Origin: Desulfosudis oleivorans
GTDB taxonomy: Bacteria; Desulfobacterota; Desulfobacteria; Desulfobacterales; SURF-7
NCBI GenBank assembly: GCA_020723325.1
Contig: DYJD01000006.1
Location: 143,465-207,464 of the forward strand
Length of the DNA: 64,000 nucleotides
Direction: 5' to 3'
The number at the start of each line of letters is the position of its first letter. The first letter of the stretch is position 1. Shown here one piece after another: positions 47,000 to 59,514 of the stretch. The position numbers and the translations under genes are program-made. Under the pieces are notes generated by a model. It was not told where the DNA came from. It did not search any database and worked only from the letters and a program-made list of their open reading frames with translations.

Positions 47000-47149
47000 G
47001 TGAGAACGATTATCACGCTTGCATGCACGGAATGCAAAAGAAGAAATTATAATACAACCAAAAATAAGCGGACAACGCCGGACAAGCTGGCGTTTAAAAA
47101 ATACTGCCGTTTCTGTCAGCGCCATACGGAACATCGCGAAACAAAATAG
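47000..47149 (+). CDS. rpmG: 50S ribosomal protein L33
   Basis: Not in the ORF track (49 aa). GTG start: (M)[48 protein letters not shown], with the CxxC...CxxC zinc-ribbon form. Confidence 0.9.
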   Translation: MRTIITLACTECKRRNYNTTKNKRTTPDKLAFKKYCRFCQRHTEHRETK

Positions 47150-47198
47150 CGGGAGCCGCGGTCAAGTTGCGCGGCGGATATCAGGAAGGTTTTCTTGC

Positions 47199-47275
47199 AG
47201 GCCAGTAGCATAATTGGGTAATGCAGCGGACTCCAAATCCGAAGATTGCGGGTTCAAGTCCTGCCTGGCCTGCCA
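47199..47275 (+). tRNA. tRNA-Trp (anticodon CCA)
   Basis: Acceptor aggccag/ctggcct, anticodon loop ctccaaa, T arm gcggg-ttcaagt-cctgc, CCA. It sits in the classical rpmG-tRNA-Trp-secE position. Confidence 0.88.
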
Positions 47276-47367
47276 ATCCTGATGGCACCGATTGCGATAG
47301 CACGGAAAGAAACGGATGGGCGAGCGGATCAATGTCTTGAGAGATAGACCTACTATTTAGGGGCAAG

Positions 47368-47757
47368 ATGGGAAAGCTACTTAGGAAAAAGCCGGCGGAC
47401 AAGAAGAAGAAGAAAAAGGCGGATGACGATGCGACTGTCGGTTCGACGGAAAGCGAGACCGGTGAGAAGAAGATTATTTCCCTCACTGATTTTTCCAGAG
47501 ATAAGAAAAAGCAGATTGCATCAAAAATGCGGACCACCGCTGTTGATAAACCGGTGAAGCCGATCAATGAAAAAATTGAAAAATGGCGGCAGTTTTTACG
47601 GGAAGTCAAGGTTGAACTTAAAAAAGTCACATGGCCTTCCCGGGCCCAAACCTTGGGCTCAACAGCCGTTGTCATTCTGCTGGTGATGATTATCTCTCTT
47701 TTTTTAGGTCTGGTTGATGCTGGTTTGAACAGTGTGATCCGTCTGGTTCTTCATTAA
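47368..47757 (+). CDS. secE: Preprotein translocase subunit SecE (with Lys-rich N-terminal extension)
   Basis: The C-terminal FLREVKVELKKVTWPSRAQTLGSTAVVILLVMIISLFLGLVDAGL is the conserved SecE TM3 region. The true start could instead be the internal Met (MRTTAVDKP, about 47527). Confidence 0.85.
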   Translation: MGKLLRKKPADKKKKKKADDDATVGSTESETGEKKIISLTDFSRDKKKQIASKMRTTAVDKPVKPINEKIEKWRQFLREVKVELKKVTWPSRAQTLGSTAVVILLVMIISLFLGLVDAGLNSVIRLVLH

Positions 47758-47774
47758 ATCCAAGGAGAGCGATA

Positions 47775-48305
47775 GTGGCGTTAAGATGGTATGTGGTCCA
47801 TGTTTATTCGGGATTCGAGAATAAAGTTAAAACGGCTTTGCAGGAACGTATTGCCGGATCTCCGCATCCTGAAAAATTCGACCAGGTTCTTGTACCGACC
47901 GAACAGGTGGTGGAGCTTGTTAAAGGCAAAAAGCGGGAATCTTCGCGCAAGTTTTACCCCGGTTACATACTCGTGCGCATGGAGCTGGATGATGAAACCT
48001 GGCATATCGTTAACAATACTGCCAAGGTGACCGGATTTTTAGGCGGGAAGGACAAACCTGCCCCCATTCCCGATGAGGAAGCTGCCCAGATTTTGAATCG
48101 TATGGAAGTGGGGCAGACAAAGCCCCAGCCGAAATACTATTTTGAGCCTGGGGATGAGATTCGGGTGATTGATGGTCCCTTTACAAATTTTAACGGAACC
48201 GTTGACGATGTGAATCCGGAAAAGGGTAAAATCAAGGTTTTAGTAAGTATTTTCGGTCGTTCGACGCCTGTGGAATTGGATTTCGTTCAGGTGACAAAAT
48301 TATAG
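47775..48305 (+). CDS. nusG: Transcription termination/antitermination factor NusG
   Basis: GTG start after [24 protein letters not shown] (NGN domain) and a KOW motif ([18 protein letters not shown]). Confidence 0.96.
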   Translation: MALRWYVVHVYSGFENKVKTALQERIAGSPHPEKFDQVLVPTEQVVELVKGKKRESSRKFYPGYILVRMELDDETWHIVNNTAKVTGFLGGKDKPAPIPDEEAAQILNRMEVGQTKPQPKYYFEPGDEIRVIDGPFTNFNGTVDDVNPEKGKIKVLVSIFGRSTPVELDFVQVTKL

Positions 48306-48324
48306 GGTCAGGAGCTAAGGCAAG

Positions 48325-48747
48325 ATGGCAAAAAAAGTAATTACGCAAATTAAACTGCAGGTACCTGCCGGCAAGGCAAATCCGTCGCCGCCGATCGGAC
48401 CTGCACTGGGGCAACACGGCGTCAATATCATGGATTTCTGCAAGGCCTTCAATGCCCGAACCGCTGGTGAAGAAGGCATGATCATACCGGTGGTCATTAC
48501 CGTATTTCAGGATCGAACATTTAAATTCATTACCAAAACCCCGCCTGCCGCGGTACTGTTGAAAAAAGCCGCAAAAATCGCCAAAGGTTCTGGTGACCCG
48601 AAGCGGATTAAGGTGGCCAAAGTAACGCAAAAGCAGGTTGAAGAAATCGCCAAATTGAAAATGACGGACTTGAATGCCTATGATCTGGAGGCTGCCTGCA
48701 AAATCATTGCGGGAACAGCACGCAGTATGGGGATTGAGGTAGCCTAA
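48325..48747 (+). CDS. rplK: 50S ribosomal protein L11
   Basis: [43 protein letters not shown]. Confidence 0.98.
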   Translation: MAKKVITQIKLQVPAGKANPSPPIGPALGQHGVNIMDFCKAFNARTAGEEGMIIPVVITVFQDRTFKFITKTPPAAVLLKKAAKIAKGSGDPKRIKVAKVTQKQVEEIAKLKMTDLNAYDLEAACKIIAGTARSMGIEVA

Positions 48748-48775
48748 CAAATAGTGAAGGAGTAGGTAAGCAAAA

Positions 48776-49480
48776 ATGCCGAAGCGGGGTAAGAAATATA
48801 GAGAGATGAGAGGGAAGGTCGACACTCAAAAGCGACATGATTTAAAGGAAGCTTTTGCCATCGCGCTTGATTCGGCCTATGCCAAGTTTGACGAAACCGT
48901 GGATGTGGCGGTGAAGCTGGGAGTCGATCCGCGCCATGCGGACCAGATGGTTCGTGGAACAGTGGTTTTGCCTCATGGGCTGGGAAAGGAAGTGAAGGTT
49001 CTTGTCTTTGCCAAAGGGGAAAAGGAAAAGGAAGCCCTGGATGCAGGCGCCGACTTTGCCGGGAACGAAGACATCGTGGAAAAAATCAAGGGTGGCTGGT
49101 TCGGCTTTGATAAGGCCGTGGCCACACCGGATGTGATGGGAACCGTAGGCAAGATCGGTAAGCTCTTGGGACCTCGCGGGCTCATGCCCAATGCCAAGAC
49201 CGGCACGGTTACTTTTGAAGTGGCCCGGGCTGTTCAGGAACTCAAGGCCGGCAAGATCGATTTCCGGGTTGAAAAAGCCGGTATTGTTCATGCGCCCCTC
49301 GGCAAAGTATCTTTCGGTGTCGATAAGCTGATTGATAATTTCAATGCTTTCTTGGATCGCGTTATCCGTTTGAAACCGACATCCAGTAAGGGGATATATT
49401 TAAAAGGGATCGCCATTTCCACGACCATGGGGCCGGGTATTAAAATCGATACCAACCTGGCAAAGGATTTTGTGAAATAG
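48776..49480 (+). CDS. rplA: 50S ribosomal protein L1
   Basis: [16 protein letters not shown]..., [21 protein letters not shown]. 234 aa. Confidence 0.98.
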   Translation: MPKRGKKYREMRGKVDTQKRHDLKEAFAIALDSAYAKFDETVDVAVKLGVDPRHADQMVRGTVVLPHGLGKEVKVLVFAKGEKEKEALDAGADFAGNEDIVEKIKGGWFGFDKAVATPDVMGTVGKIGKLLGPRGLMPNAKTGTVTFEVARAVQELKAGKIDFRVEKAGIVHAPLGKVSFGVDKLIDNFNAFLDRVIRLKPTSSKGIYLKGIAISTTMGPGIKIDTNLAKDFVK

Positions 49481-49720
49481 TCGTAAGACCCCTTTTGCGG
49501 TTCTCTTTTCCGACAGCACAGCAGCGTATTTGCGAAACCAGATACCGGACACCGTGAATTGAGAAGCGGTGTCGGAATAATCATAATACTGTCAAAGACC
49601 GTAGGTTCACAACCATGTGTGTAATCGGCATTGCCGGCCTACCGAGACAGCCAGTTCGCGCCTTTCACCTTTGGGCGGGAATCTCCGGTTTTTTACAGAT
49701 TTAAAAGGAGGTGGAATTCA
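49481..49720 (+). promoter_or_regulatory. Candidate rplJL (L10) leader region
   Basis: A 240-nt untranslated gap lies before rplJ, where bacteria commonly carry the L10(L12)4 autoregulatory leader. A strong hairpin lies at 49545-49575 (ccggacaccg ... cggtgtcgg). The motif identity is not verified. Confidence 0.35.
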
Positions 49721-50242
49721 TTGAACCGAGATGAAAAAGCAAAAGTCGTAGAGGATCTGCACGCTCGTCTCACACGCTCAAAAATTGTAATCCTGACGGA
49801 CTACAAGGGTCTGAATGTGGGCGCGCTGAGTGATCTGCGCCGCAAACTGTCCGAAGCCAAAGTGGACTACCAGGTTGCCAAAAACACCCTTATCAGAAGG
49901 GCGGCCCAAGGCACCGACGCAGCCAGGCTGGATGAGCATTACAAAGGACCGAGCGCCATTGCCATGAGTTATGATGACCCGGTGGCGCCGGCGAAGGTCT
50001 TGACCAAATTCGCTGCCGAGAACGACAAGCTTGAGATCAAAATGGCCGTATTGAACGGCAAGGTGATCGGTCTTGACGGGATCAAGGCCTTGTCTTCGCT
50101 GCCTTCCCGGGAAATTCTGCTGGGGCAATTGCTTTCAGCCATGAACGGCGTGGCCACCGGTTTTGTACGCGCGCTGAACGATGTACCGGTGAGATTGCTG
50201 AATGTATTGCAGGCGATCAAGGACAAAAAAGAAGCGGCCTGA
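49721..50242 (+). CDS. rplJ: 50S ribosomal protein L10
   Basis: The TTG start at 49721 follows AAGGAGG. (M)NRDEKAKVVEDLHARLTRSKIVILTDYKGLNV. The ORF-track extension back to 49631 is unlikely. Confidence 0.93.
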   Translation: MNRDEKAKVVEDLHARLTRSKIVILTDYKGLNVGALSDLRRKLSEAKVDYQVAKNTLIRRAAQGTDAARLDEHYKGPSAIAMSYDDPVAPAKVLTKFAAENDKLEIKMAVLNGKVIGLDGIKALSSLPSREILLGQLLSAMNGVATGFVRALNDVPVRLLNVLQAIKDKKEAA

Positions 50243-50307
50243 CAGTGCGGATAACGACAAAAAAAATCAGAACATAACAAATCTGTAATAAACTTTTGGA
50301 GGATGAC

Positions 50308-50694
50308 ATGGCGGATATCAAAAAAGAAGATGTGATCGAATTTATTGCAAACATGACCGTATTAGAGCTTTCTGAAATGGTGAAGGAGCTGGAAACCAAA
50401 TTCGGTGTTTCCGCTGCAGCTCCGGTGGCCATGATGGCGGCCGGTCCCGTCGGCGATGCCGGCGCGGCGGCGGTGGAAGAAAAGACCGAATTCGACGTGA
50501 TTCTGGTCACTGCCGGCGACAAGAAGATCCAGGTAATTAAGGAAGTCCGCGCCATCACCGGCTTGGGCTTGAAGGAAGCCAAGGACCTGGTGGACGGTGC
50601 CCCGAAACCGGTAAAGGAAGGCATTGCCAAGGAAGAAGCTGAAAAAATCAAAACGCAGCTTGAAGAAGCCGGCGCTCAAGTTGAAATTAAGTAG
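50308..50694 (+). CDS. rplL: 50S ribosomal protein L7/L12
   Basis: The ATG at 50308 follows [40 protein letters not shown]...[28 protein letters not shown]. Confidence 0.97.
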   Translation: MADIKKEDVIEFIANMTVLELSEMVKELETKFGVSAAAPVAMMAAGPVGDAGAAAVEEKTEFDVILVTAGDKKIQVIKEVRAITGLGLKEAKDLVDGAPKPVKEGIAKEEAEKIKTQLEEAGAQVEIK

Positions 50695-50821
50695 GAAAAC
50701 AGGCAACTCTTTCGGTTGATGCTTGTTCTAATCATATCTGCGGGATTGTGGAAGACTGGTAATTCGACCTTACGACGGTCGCGTCTTTCCACAGTCCCGA
50801 AACCATTATAGCGGAGACGGC

Positions 50822-53800
50822 ATGGCGGAAAAGCCCTGGGCGAAAAAGCGAATTAGAAAAAATTTCGGTAAAATTCATAAGATTGTAGAGATTCCGGATC
50901 TCATCGGCATGCAGCGGGAATCCTACAATCGTTTTCTGCAGATGGATGTCCCGCCGGAAATCCGGCAGGAAATCGGTTTGCAGGCGGTTTTCAAATCGGT
51001 CTTTCCCATCAACGATTTTACCGGAAGCGCCTCCCTTGAATTTGTATCCTACAGCTTCGGCGAAGTGAAGCATTCGGTGCATGAATGCATTCACAGGGGA
51101 ATGACCTATGAAATACCGGTGCGCATCCGCATTCGTCTGGTTGTATATGATGTGGACAAGGAATCCGGAATTTCCAATATTCGCGATATTAAAGAGCAGG
51201 AGATTTATTTCGGCACCATTCCCTTGATGACGGATAAGGGCACCTTTATCATTAACGGCACCGAACGAGTGGTGGTTAGCCAGTTGCACCGTTCCTCGGG
51301 CGTGTTTTTCGATCATGACAAGGGCAAGACCCATTCCAGCGGGAAAATCGTTTATACCGCCCGCATCATACCGGTGCGCGGTTCCTGGATCGATATGGAA
51401 ATCGATCCCAAGGATGTGGTGTATATCCGCATCGATCGCCGCCGGAAATTTCCGGTGACTCTGCTTTTCAAAGCCTTTGGCTATACCACCGCCGATCTCT
51501 TGGATTATTTCTACAAAAAAGACCGGATTTACATCAAACGCAAAAAATTGTTCCGGCGTTTTGACGAAGAAATTTTAAAGGGCCAGCGCTCCAGTTGCGA
51601 CATCAAGGATCCAAAAACCGGCGAAGTGGTTGTTAAAAAAGGCCGGGTATTCACCAAGCGCTCCCTGCGCCAATTGCAGGCCTCGGAATTGGACATAGTG
51701 CCGATTCTGCCGGAAGATATCATCGGCAAATCCTTTGCCGCGGAAGTGCAGCACCCGGAAACGGCCGAACGTCTGGCCGTGTCCACGGAAATCCTCCATG
51801 CGGAAACCATCGAGCGTTTCATGGAGATCGGCGTCAAGGAATTCGACCTGCTCCAGGTGGAAGGAGCCTACAGTAGCGATTCCATACGTAAGACCCTGCT
51901 GTTGGACAAAGTCGAAAGCAAAGAAGAAGCCCTCATTGAAATCTACCGGCGCCTGCGGCCGGGCAATCCGGCCACACCGGAAGTCGCCCTGGATTTCATC
52001 GATCATCTTTTCTTCAAATCCGCTTATTACGACTTGTCCGGCGTGGGCCGCCTGAAGCTGAACCACCGCCTGGGCATCAACGCTTCCATGGATTTGAAAA
52101 CCCTGAGAAAAGAAGACATACTTCTGACCGCCAAGACCCTGGTGGAATTAAGGGACACCCAAGGGGTGGTGGATGACATCGACCATCTCGGCAATCGCCG
52201 GGTGCGGGCCGTGGGTGAATTAATGGAAAACCAGTACCGCATCGGACTGGTCCGGATGGAGCGGGCCATCAAAGAGCGCATGAGCATGCAGGAAGTGGAT
52301 GCGCTTATGCCCCATGATCTGGTCAATCCAAAACCGGTGTCGGCAGTGGTGAAGGAATTTTTCGGCACTAGTCAGCTTTCCCAGTTCATGGACCAGACCA
52401 ATCCCCTTTCAGAAACCACCCACAAGCGCCGATTGAGCGCCCTGGGTCCGGGCGGTCTGACCCGGGAGCGCGCCGGTTTTGAAGTCCGGGATGTGCATCC
52501 TTCCCACTACGGTCGCATTTGTCCCATTGAAACCCCGGAAGGTCCCAACATCGGGCTGATCGTTTCCCTGTCCACCTATGCCCGGGTAAATGATTACGGC
52601 TTTATCGAGACACCCTACCGGGTGGTGAAAGATGCCACGGTCTCGGAGCAGGTGAAACTGCTGAGCGCCTTTGAGGAAAAGGAGCATCCCATTGCCCAGG
52701 CCAATGCCCCCATCAATGCAGCCAATCAGTATGTCAATCCCCTGGTGACATCCCGGGTGGCCGGCGAATTTATGATGGTGAAAGCCGGTGAAATTGAATT
52801 GATGGACGTTTCCCCCAACCAGTTGGTGAGCGTATCGGCCTCCTTGATTCCCTTTCTGGAGAATGACGACGCCAACCGGGCCTTGATGGGTTCCAACATG
52901 CAGCGCCAGGCCGTGCCCTTGACCCAGACACGGGCGCCCCTGGTGGGTACCGGCATCGAAGGCGTGGTGGCCAAGGATTCCGGAGTCACCATCGTGGCCC
53001 GCCGGGACGGGGAGGTAGTGGATGTGAGCGCCGACCGCATCGTGCTCAAGCATGCTGCCACGGGGAAAAACGGACAAAATTATGTGACCATCTACAACCT
53101 TTCCAAGTTCATCCGTTCCAATCAGAATACGTGTTTCAACCATCGCCCCATCGTTAAAAAGGGGCAGGTTGTGAGCGCCGGTGAAATCATCGCCGATGGA
53201 CCGGCAACGGAAAAAGGCGAACTCGCCCTTGGAAAAAATGTAACCGTGGCCTTCATGCCCTGGGGTGGGTACAATTTTGAAGATTCCATCCTGGTGAGCG
53301 AAAGACTGGTGCGGGACAACGTGTTTACATCGGTTCACATCGAGGAATTTGAGGTGGTCGCCCGGGACACCAAACTCGGCAAAGAGGAGATTACCCGTGA
53401 TATTCCCAATGTGGGCGAAGAAACCCTGAAGGATCTGGATGACAGCGGCATCATCCGCCTGGGAGCCGAAGTCAAACCAGGCGACATTCTGGTGGGCAAA
53501 ATCACTCCCAAAGGCGAGACCCAACTCTCTCCTGAGGAGAAACTGTTGCGCGCCATTTTCGGGGAGAAAGCCGGGGATGTAAAAGACACTTCCTTGCGGG
53601 TTCCGCCGGGGGTGGAAGGCATCGTCATCGACGCCAAGGTTTTTTCAAGGCGCGGAGTGGACAAAGACGACCGCGCCCGGGACATTGAGGACAAAGAGAT
53701 CGCCCTTTTGGAAAAAAACCGGGAGGACGAGATCCGCATCATCGAGGAAGTCGCCCGTGGAAAGCTGGAAGAACTGCTGGTCGGTAAAAAGTGTGAGACT

Positions 53801-54919
53801 TCCATCAAAGTGGGAAAAAAGCAGTTGATCCTCAAAGGCAAGGAAATCAGCAAGGAAATACTGGATGAGCTGCCCCTGGATCAGATGGAAGGCATCGTTA
53901 TGGAAGATGCCGAACTGACTGAAAAAGTGCACGAATTGTTAGACCGTGTCCGGGAACAAAAGGAAATTTGCCGGGAGCGCTTTGAGGAAAATGTCAGCCG
54001 CTATGAAAAAGGCGATGATCTGCCGCCGGGCGTCATCAAGCTCATCAAAATTTATGTGGCCATGAAACGAATCCTTTCCGTGGGTGATAAAATGGCCGGG
54101 CGGCACGGCAATAAAGGCGTGGTCTCCCGGATCCTGCCCCAGGAAGATCTGCCCTATTTCAAAAACGGCCTTACCGTGGACATGATTTTGAATCCCCTGG
54201 GGGTTCCGTCGCGTATGAATGTGGGGCAGATTTTAGAGATTCATTTGGGCCGGGCCGCCAGAACCCTGGGTGCCCAGATCGAACGTATGATAGAAGAGCG
54301 GAAATGTCAGGAGCTGCGCGGGAAGTTGAAGCGGATTTTTGCTTCCGAGCCGGAAAGCCAAGTCCTGGACAAGCTACCTGATGAGGAGCTGCTGGAATTG
54401 GCCGAGGATTATCGGGAAGGCGTGCATATGGCCACGCCGGTGTTCGACGGCGCCAAGGAAGAGGAGATCAAGACCCTGCTCAAAGAAGCGAATGTGGATA
54501 CCAGCGGTCAGGCCATATTGTTTGACGGCCGCACCGGTGAGCCTTTCCATGAAAAAGTAACGGTGGGGACCATGTATATGTTGAAACTCCACCACCTGGT
54601 GGATGACAAGATCCATGCCCGCTCCATCGGACCCTATTCCCTGGTAACCCAGCAGCCCCTGGGCGGCAAGGCCCAGTTCGGCGGGCAACGTCTGGGTGAA
54701 ATGGAAGTCTGGGCCATGGAAGCCTATGGCGCGGCCCATGCCTTGCAGGAATTTCTCACCGTTAAATCGGATGATATGGCCGGTAGAACGCGCATGTATG
54801 AGAAGATTGTGAAAGGGCAAAATGTTCTGGAACCGGGTCTGCCAGAATCCTTCCGGGTGTTGATCAAGGAACTGCAGAGCCTGGGGCTGGATATCAACCT
54901 TATTGAAAGAAAACAGTAA
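50822..54919 (+). CDS. rpoB: DNA-directed RNA polymerase subunit beta
   Basis: 1365 aa. [21 protein letters not shown]..., [57 protein letters not shown]. Confidence 0.99.
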   Translation: MAEKPWAKKRIRKNFGKIHKIVEIPDLIGMQRESYNRFLQMDVPPEIRQEIGLQAVFKSVFPINDFTGSASLEFVSYSFGEVKHSVHECIHRGMTYEIPVRIRIRLVVYDVDKESGISNIRDIKEQEIYFGTIPLMTDKGTFIINGTERVVVSQLHRSSGVFFDHDKGKTHSSGKIVYTARIIPVRGSWIDMEIDPKDVVYIRIDRRRKFPVTLLFKAFGYTTADLLDYFYKKDRIYIKRKKLFRRFDEEILKGQRSSCDIKDPKTGEVVVKKGRVFTKRSLRQLQASELDIVPILPEDIIGKSFAAEVQHPETAERLAVSTEILHAETIERFMEIGVKEFDLLQVEGAYSSDSIRKTLLLDKVESKEEALIEIYRRLRPGNPATPEVALDFIDHLFFKSAYYDLSGVGRLKLNHRLGINASMDLKTLRKEDILLTAKTLVELRDTQGVVDDIDHLGNRRVRAVGELMENQYRIGLVRMERAIKERMSMQEVDALMPHDLVNPKPVSAVVKEFFGTSQLSQFMDQTNPLSETTHKRRLSALGPGGLTRERAGFEVRDVHPSHYGRICPIETPEGPNIGLIVSLSTYARVNDYGFIETPYRVVKDATVSEQVKLLSAFEEKEHPIAQANAPINAANQYVNPLVTSRVAGEFMMVKAGEIELMDVSPNQLVSVSASLIPFLENDDANRALMGSNMQRQAVPLTQTRAPLVGTGIEGVVAKDSGVTIVARRDGEVVDVSADRIVLKHAATGKNGQNYVTIYNLSKFIRSNQNTCFNHRPIVKKGQVVSAGEIIADGPATEKGELALGKNVTVAFMPWGGYNFEDSILVSERLVRDNVFTSVHIEEFEVVARDTKLGKEEITRDIPNVGEETLKDLDDSGIIRLGAEVKPGDILVGKITPKGETQLSPEEKLLRAIFGEKAGDVKDTSLRVPPGVEGIVIDAKVFSRRGVDKDDRARDIEDKEIALLEKNREDEIRIIEEVARGKLEELLVGKKCETSIKVGKKQLILKGKEISKEILDELPLDQMEGIVMEDAELTEKVHELLDRVREQKEICRERFEENVSRYEKGDDLPPGVIKLIKIYVAMKRILSVGDKMAGRHGNKGVVSRILPQEDLPYFKNGLTVDMILNPLGVPSRMNVGQILEIHLGRAARTLGAQIERMIEERKCQELRGKLKRIFASEPESQVLDKLPDEELLELAEDYREGVHMATPVFDGAKEEEIKTLLKEANVDTSGQAILFDGRTGEPFHEKVTVGTMYMLKLHHLVDDKIHARSIGPYSLVTQQPLGGKAQFGGQRLGEMEVWAMEAYGAAHALQEFLTVKSDDMAGRTRMYEKIVKGQNVLEPGLPESFRVLIKELQSLGLDINLIERKQ

Positions 54920-54929
54920 GGAGAAACGA

Positions 54930-57900
54930 TTGGAAACCATTTACGATTTTTTCGCCAAACCGACGGATCCGCGGCTTTATACCGGAGTGAAAGTCAGCCT
55001 GGCCTCGCCAGAACAGATTCGCCAATGGTCCCACGGGGAAATTAAAAAACCGGAGACCATCAATTATCGCACCTTTAAACCGGAGCGGGATGGCCTGTTC
55101 TGCGCCAAAATTTTCGGCCCCACCAAGGATTATGAATGTAATTGCGGCAAGTACAAACGCATGAAGCACCGGGGGGTTATATGCGAAAAATGCGGTGTGG
55201 AAGTCATTCAATCCAAAGTGCGGCGTGAACGCCTGGCGCATATTGATCTTGCCACCCCCATCGCCCATATTTGGTTTTTGAAAAGCCTGCCGAGCAAAAT
55301 CGGCAATCTCTTGGACCTGACCCTCAAGAACATGGAGAAGGTTCTTTATTTTGACAGCTATATTGTCATTGACCCCAAGGACACCGGCCTGATGAGGGGC
55401 CAGTTGTTGTCCGACGAGAAATACCATGAGGCCCTTGAACTCTACGGCGCCAAATTCGAGGCCGGGATCGGCGCGGAAGCCGTCAAGCGCATGCTGGAGG
55501 AATTGGATCTCAATAAGGTATATCGGGAGCTGCGGGAGGAGATCATTTCCACCGGCTCCGACGCCAAGCGCAAGAAGCTTGCCAAGCGTCTGAAAATCGT
55601 GGATGCGTTTCGCAATTCCGGCATCGATCCCAAATGGATGATCATGGACGTGATTCCGGTGCTGCCGCCGGATCTGCGCCCCCTGGTGCCCCTGGAGGGC
55701 GGCCGTTTTGCCACCTCAGATCTGAACGATCTGTACCGGCGGGTCATCAACCGCAACAACCGGTTGAAACGTTTGATGGAGCTGAAGGCGCCGGATATCA
55801 TCGTGCGCAACGAGAAGCGCATGTTGCAGGAATCCGTGGATGTGCTTTTTGACAATGGCCGCCATGGTCGGGTGGTAACCGGCACGAACAAGCGGCCGCT
55901 GAAATCTCTGTCCGATACATTAAAAGGCAAGCAAGGCCGCTTCCGCCAGAATCTTTTGGGAAAACGGGTGGACTATTCCGGACGTACGGTTATCACCATC
56001 GGTCCCAATTTGCGGCTGCATCAATGCGGCCTGCCGAAACAGATGGCCCTGGAGCTGTTCAAGCCCTTTGTTTATCATCGTCTTGAGCATAAGGGTTTTG
56101 TTTCCACTGTGAAAAGCGCCAAAAAAATGGTGGAACGCCTGTCACCGGAAGTGTGGGACACCCTGGATGAAGTGGTCAAGGAATATCCGGTGATGCTGAA
56201 CCGCGCGCCCACCTTGCACCGTTTGGGAATCCAGGCCTTTGAACCGGTGTTGATCGAGGGCAAGGCCATTCAATTGCATCCTCTGGTTTGTACGGCCTTT
56301 AATGCGGACTTTGACGGCGACCAAATGGCGGTTCACATTCCCCTTTCCGTGGAATCCCAGATTGAAGCCCGGGTCCTGATGCTGGCCAGCAACAACATTT
56401 TGTCGCCGGCCAACGGCAGCCCCATCATTGTTCCCACCCAGGACATCGTGCTCGGTCTGTATTATTTGACCAAGGCCGCTGCCGGAGCCAAGGGCGAGGG
56501 CATGCTGTTTTCCAATTCGGATGAAGTGCAGGCCGCCTATGATTCCAACGTGGTGGATCTGCATGCGGCCATCACCGTGCGCATGGGGCAAACCCGGGTG
56601 GAAACCACGGTGGGCCGTATGCTGCTGTGGGAAATCATTCCCAAGGACATCATCATGTCCTTCCGCCACATCAAGGTCACGGCCAAGAAGACGGCCAAGG
56701 CCGTGTTGGAGGAAATCGAAAAGGGCGTGGCTTTCACGGATCTGGTCACCACCTATTCCAAGAGCCCGGATAAAGAGAACGGGGGCCTGATCGGCCGATT
56801 CAACGAGGAAGAATTCGGAAATATTTTCCCGGTGGAAGATGAGAATGCCATTGCCGGCCTGTTTGCCCTTGAAAAAGGCGGGATCAGTGAAATCATCATC
56901 ATGGATGACGGCTATCACCTATTTCAGGTGCTGGATAAAAAACCGGCCATTCCCTTCCATGTCATCAACCATGTGATGGACAAGAAGACCTTGCGGGATC
57001 TCGTTGATTATGCCTACCGGAATACCGGTCCCAAAACCACCGTAATCCTGTCCGATAAGCTCAAAGACATCGGTTATCGGTATTCCACCGAGGGCGGCCT
57101 TTCCATCTGCATAGACGACATGATCATCCCCAAGACCAAATGGAGCATCATTCACAGTGCTGAGAAAAAGGTCGAGGAAATCGGCACTCAGTACACCGAA
57201 GGTTTGATCACCCAGGGTGAAAAATACAACAAAGTGGTGGATATCTGGGCCAAAGCCACGGATGAAATTGCCGATGCCATGATGGAATCCATGAAGCGGA
57301 CGGCCAAGGCAGCGGATGGGGAAGCCTTGCCCAAAACCAAGGAGCATCTGAATTCCATTTTCATGATGGCAGATTCAGGCGCCCGGGGCAGTAAAGACCA
57401 GATGCGTCAGCTAGCCGGCATGCGCGGCTTGATGGCCAAACCTTCCGGTGAGATCATTGAAACCCCGATCACGGCCAATTTCCGGGAGGGATTGACCGTG
57501 CTGCAATACTTTATCTCCACCCATGGCGCCCGCAAGGGTCTGGCAGACACGGCCTTGAAAACAGCCAACTCGGGTTATTTGACCCGTAGGCTGGCGGACG
57601 TGGCCCAGGATTGCACGGTCATGGAGATCGATTGCGGCACCATGATGGGCATCGAGGTGGAGGCCCTCATGGAAGGCGGTGAGATTATTCAGCGCCTGGA
57701 TGAACGTATCCTGGGCCGCACGGCCCTGGAAGATGTTTTGGACCCGTTTACCGACGAGGTATTGTTGAAAGCCGGCGCTGAGTTTGATGAAGACGCCGTG
57801 CGCCTGATCGATGAATGCGGTCTGGCCAAGGTCAAGATCCGTTCTGTTCTGACCTGCAAGGCCCGTTTCGGCGTCTGCGCCAAATGCTACGGCCGGGATC

Positions 57901-59351
57901 TGTCCCATGGCGGTCCGGTTGAAATCGGTCAGGCCGTGGGCATTTTGGCGGCCCAATCCATCGGTGAGCCCGGCACCCAGTTGACCATGCGTACCTTCCA
58001 TATCGGCGGTACGGCCAGCCGGCGGGTGGAGCAGGCGGATATCCGCGCCCGGGTGGAAGGCACCATCAAATTCGGTGGATTGAATGTGGTGCGCAATGCG
58101 GAAAATCAATATATCGTCATGAATCGCCGGGGTGGAGAGTTCACCATTGTGGGCGAAACCGGTCGCGAGCGGGAGCGCTGTCCGGTTATTTATGGGGCCC
58201 ATATCATGGTGGAGGACGGCCAGGCGGTGAAAGTGGGTGATTTGATCGCCACCTGGGATCCCTTTACCACCCCCATCATCACGGAAGTGAACGGTATTGC
58301 CAAGTTCGGCGATATTGAAGCCGGCAAGACCATGCAGGAAAAGGTCGATCCGGTCACCGGTAAATCCAGCCGCACCATCATTGAGTCAAAGGCCGCGGAT
58401 GTGCGCCCGCGAATTTCCATCAAGGATGAGAGCGGTAAAACCGTTGTCCTGAAAGGCAAGAGCGGGCTGGCCCGTTATATGCTGCCGGTGGACGCCATTT
58501 TGCTGGTGGACGAAAATGACGAGGTCAAAGCCGGCGATGTGCTTGCCAAATTGCCCCGGGCCACCACCAAAACCAAGGATATCACCGGCGGTTTGCCGCG
58601 GGTGGCGGAATTGTTTGAGGTGCGCAAACCCAAGGAAGTGGCCGTGTTGAGCGAGATCGACGGCTATGTATCCATTGCCAAGGCCACCACGAAAAAGGGT
58701 AAGCAAAAAGTCACCATCACACCGGTGGATGTGGGCGAGAAAAAAGAATATCTCATTCCGCGCGGGAAACACATCAATGTTTATGAAGGCGATTATGTTC
58801 GGGCCGGCGAGCAGGTGGTGGGCGGCGCAGCCAATCCCCAGGATATTTTGAACATCAAGGGTGAAGTGGCTTTGGCGCGCTACCTGGTGGATGAGGTTCA
58901 GGAGGTCTATCGCCTGCAGGGTGTCAGGATCAATGACAAGCATATTGAAGTCATTGTGCGCCAGATGATGCGGCAGGTGAAGGTGAAAGATGTGGGTGAC
59001 ACCGATTTCATCGCCGAAGAGCAAGTGGAAAGAAATCGGTTTGAGTCGGTCAACCAGGCGGTCCTGGATAAAGGCGGCAGGCCGGCGGTGGGTGAACCCC
59101 TGATCCTCGGCATTACCAAGGCCTCCTTGTCCACGGACAGTTTTATATCTGCCGCTTCGTTCCAGGAAACCACCAAGGTGCTGACCGATGCAGCCATTCA
59201 GGGCAAGGTGGATTTGCTCATGGGGCTCAAGGAAAACGTCATCATGGGCCGCCTGATTCCGGCCGGCACCGGGCTGATGGCCATGCGGGAATTGGATATC
59301 GAAACTTTTACGGATCGCCGCATCGGTGAAGCCGAGCAGGGACTGGAATAA
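54930..59351 (+). CDS. rpoC: DNA-directed RNA polymerase subunit beta-prime, carrying an internal parvulin-like insertion (see findings)
   Basis: The TTG start at 54930 follows AAGGAGA. (M)[13 protein letters not shown], zinc motif [23 protein letters not shown], catalytic [12 protein letters not shown], trigger-loop region with an SI3-like insert. 1473 aa. Confidence 0.98.
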   Translation: METIYDFFAKPTDPRLYTGVKVSLASPEQIRQWSHGEIKKPETINYRTFKPERDGLFCAKIFGPTKDYECNCGKYKRMKHRGVICEKCGVEVIQSKVRRERLAHIDLATPIAHIWFLKSLPSKIGNLLDLTLKNMEKVLYFDSYIVIDPKDTGLMRGQLLSDEKYHEALELYGAKFEAGIGAEAVKRMLEELDLNKVYRELREEIISTGSDAKRKKLAKRLKIVDAFRNSGIDPKWMIMDVIPVLPPDLRPLVPLEGGRFATSDLNDLYRRVINRNNRLKRLMELKAPDIIVRNEKRMLQESVDVLFDNGRHGRVVTGTNKRPLKSLSDTLKGKQGRFRQNLLGKRVDYSGRTVITIGPNLRLHQCGLPKQMALELFKPFVYHRLEHKGFVSTVKSAKKMVERLSPEVWDTLDEVVKEYPVMLNRAPTLHRLGIQAFEPVLIEGKAIQLHPLVCTAFNADFDGDQMAVHIPLSVESQIEARVLMLASNNILSPANGSPIIVPTQDIVLGLYYLTKAAAGAKGEGMLFSNSDEVQAAYDSNVVDLHAAITVRMGQTRVETTVGRMLLWEIIPKDIIMSFRHIKVTAKKTAKAVLEEIEKGVAFTDLVTTYSKSPDKENGGLIGRFNEEEFGNIFPVEDENAIAGLFALEKGGISEIIIMDDGYHLFQVLDKKPAIPFHVINHVMDKKTLRDLVDYAYRNTGPKTTVILSDKLKDIGYRYSTEGGLSICIDDMIIPKTKWSIIHSAEKKVEEIGTQYTEGLITQGEKYNKVVDIWAKATDEIADAMMESMKRTAKAADGEALPKTKEHLNSIFMMADSGARGSKDQMRQLAGMRGLMAKPSGEIIETPITANFREGLTVLQYFISTHGARKGLADTALKTANSGYLTRRLADVAQDCTVMEIDCGTMMGIEVEALMEGGEIIQRLDERILGRTALEDVLDPFTDEVLLKAGAEFDEDAVRLIDECGLAKVKIRSVLTCKARFGVCAKCYGRDLSHGGPVEIGQAVGILAAQSIGEPGTQLTMRTFHIGGTASRRVEQADIRARVEGTIKFGGLNVVRNAENQYIVMNRRGGEFTIVGETGRERERCPVIYGAHIMVEDGQAVKVGDLIATWDPFTTPIITEVNGIAKFGDIEAGKTMQEKVDPVTGKSSRTIIESKAADVRPRISIKDESGKTVVLKGKSGLARYMLPVDAILLVDENDEVKAGDVLAKLPRATTKTKDITGGLPRVAELFEVRKPKEVAVLSEIDGYVSIAKATTKKGKQKVTITPVDVGEKKEYLIPRGKHINVYEGDYVRAGEQVVGGAANPQDILNIKGEVALARYLVDEVQEVYRLQGVRINDKHIEVIVRQMMRQVKVKDVGDTDFIAEEQVERNRFESVNQAVLDKGGRPAVGEPLILGITKASLSTDSFISAASFQETTKVLTDAAIQGKVDLLMGLKENVIMGRLIPAGTGLMAMRELDIETFTDRRIGEAEQGLE

Positions 59352-59426
59352 ACCGCAGTCAGGCCCAGGAGCGTGTGCAGATAGGGCCCCCTTGGAGAAA
59401 AAGTCAATCGTTTGGGAATAAAGCGC

Positions 59427-59455
59427 TTGACAATGGGGGGTGATGGATATAGAAT
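59427..59455 (+). promoter_or_regulatory. Sigma70-like promoter of the str (rpsL) operon
   Basis: TTGACA (59427-59432), 17-nt spacer, TAGAAT (59450-59455). Confidence 0.6.
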
Positions 59456-59514
59456 GCGCTATTTTGGGTGCTGGTCCATAAAATCGGAAGTGAATTAAAG
59501 GAGTTAGCAAGAGA

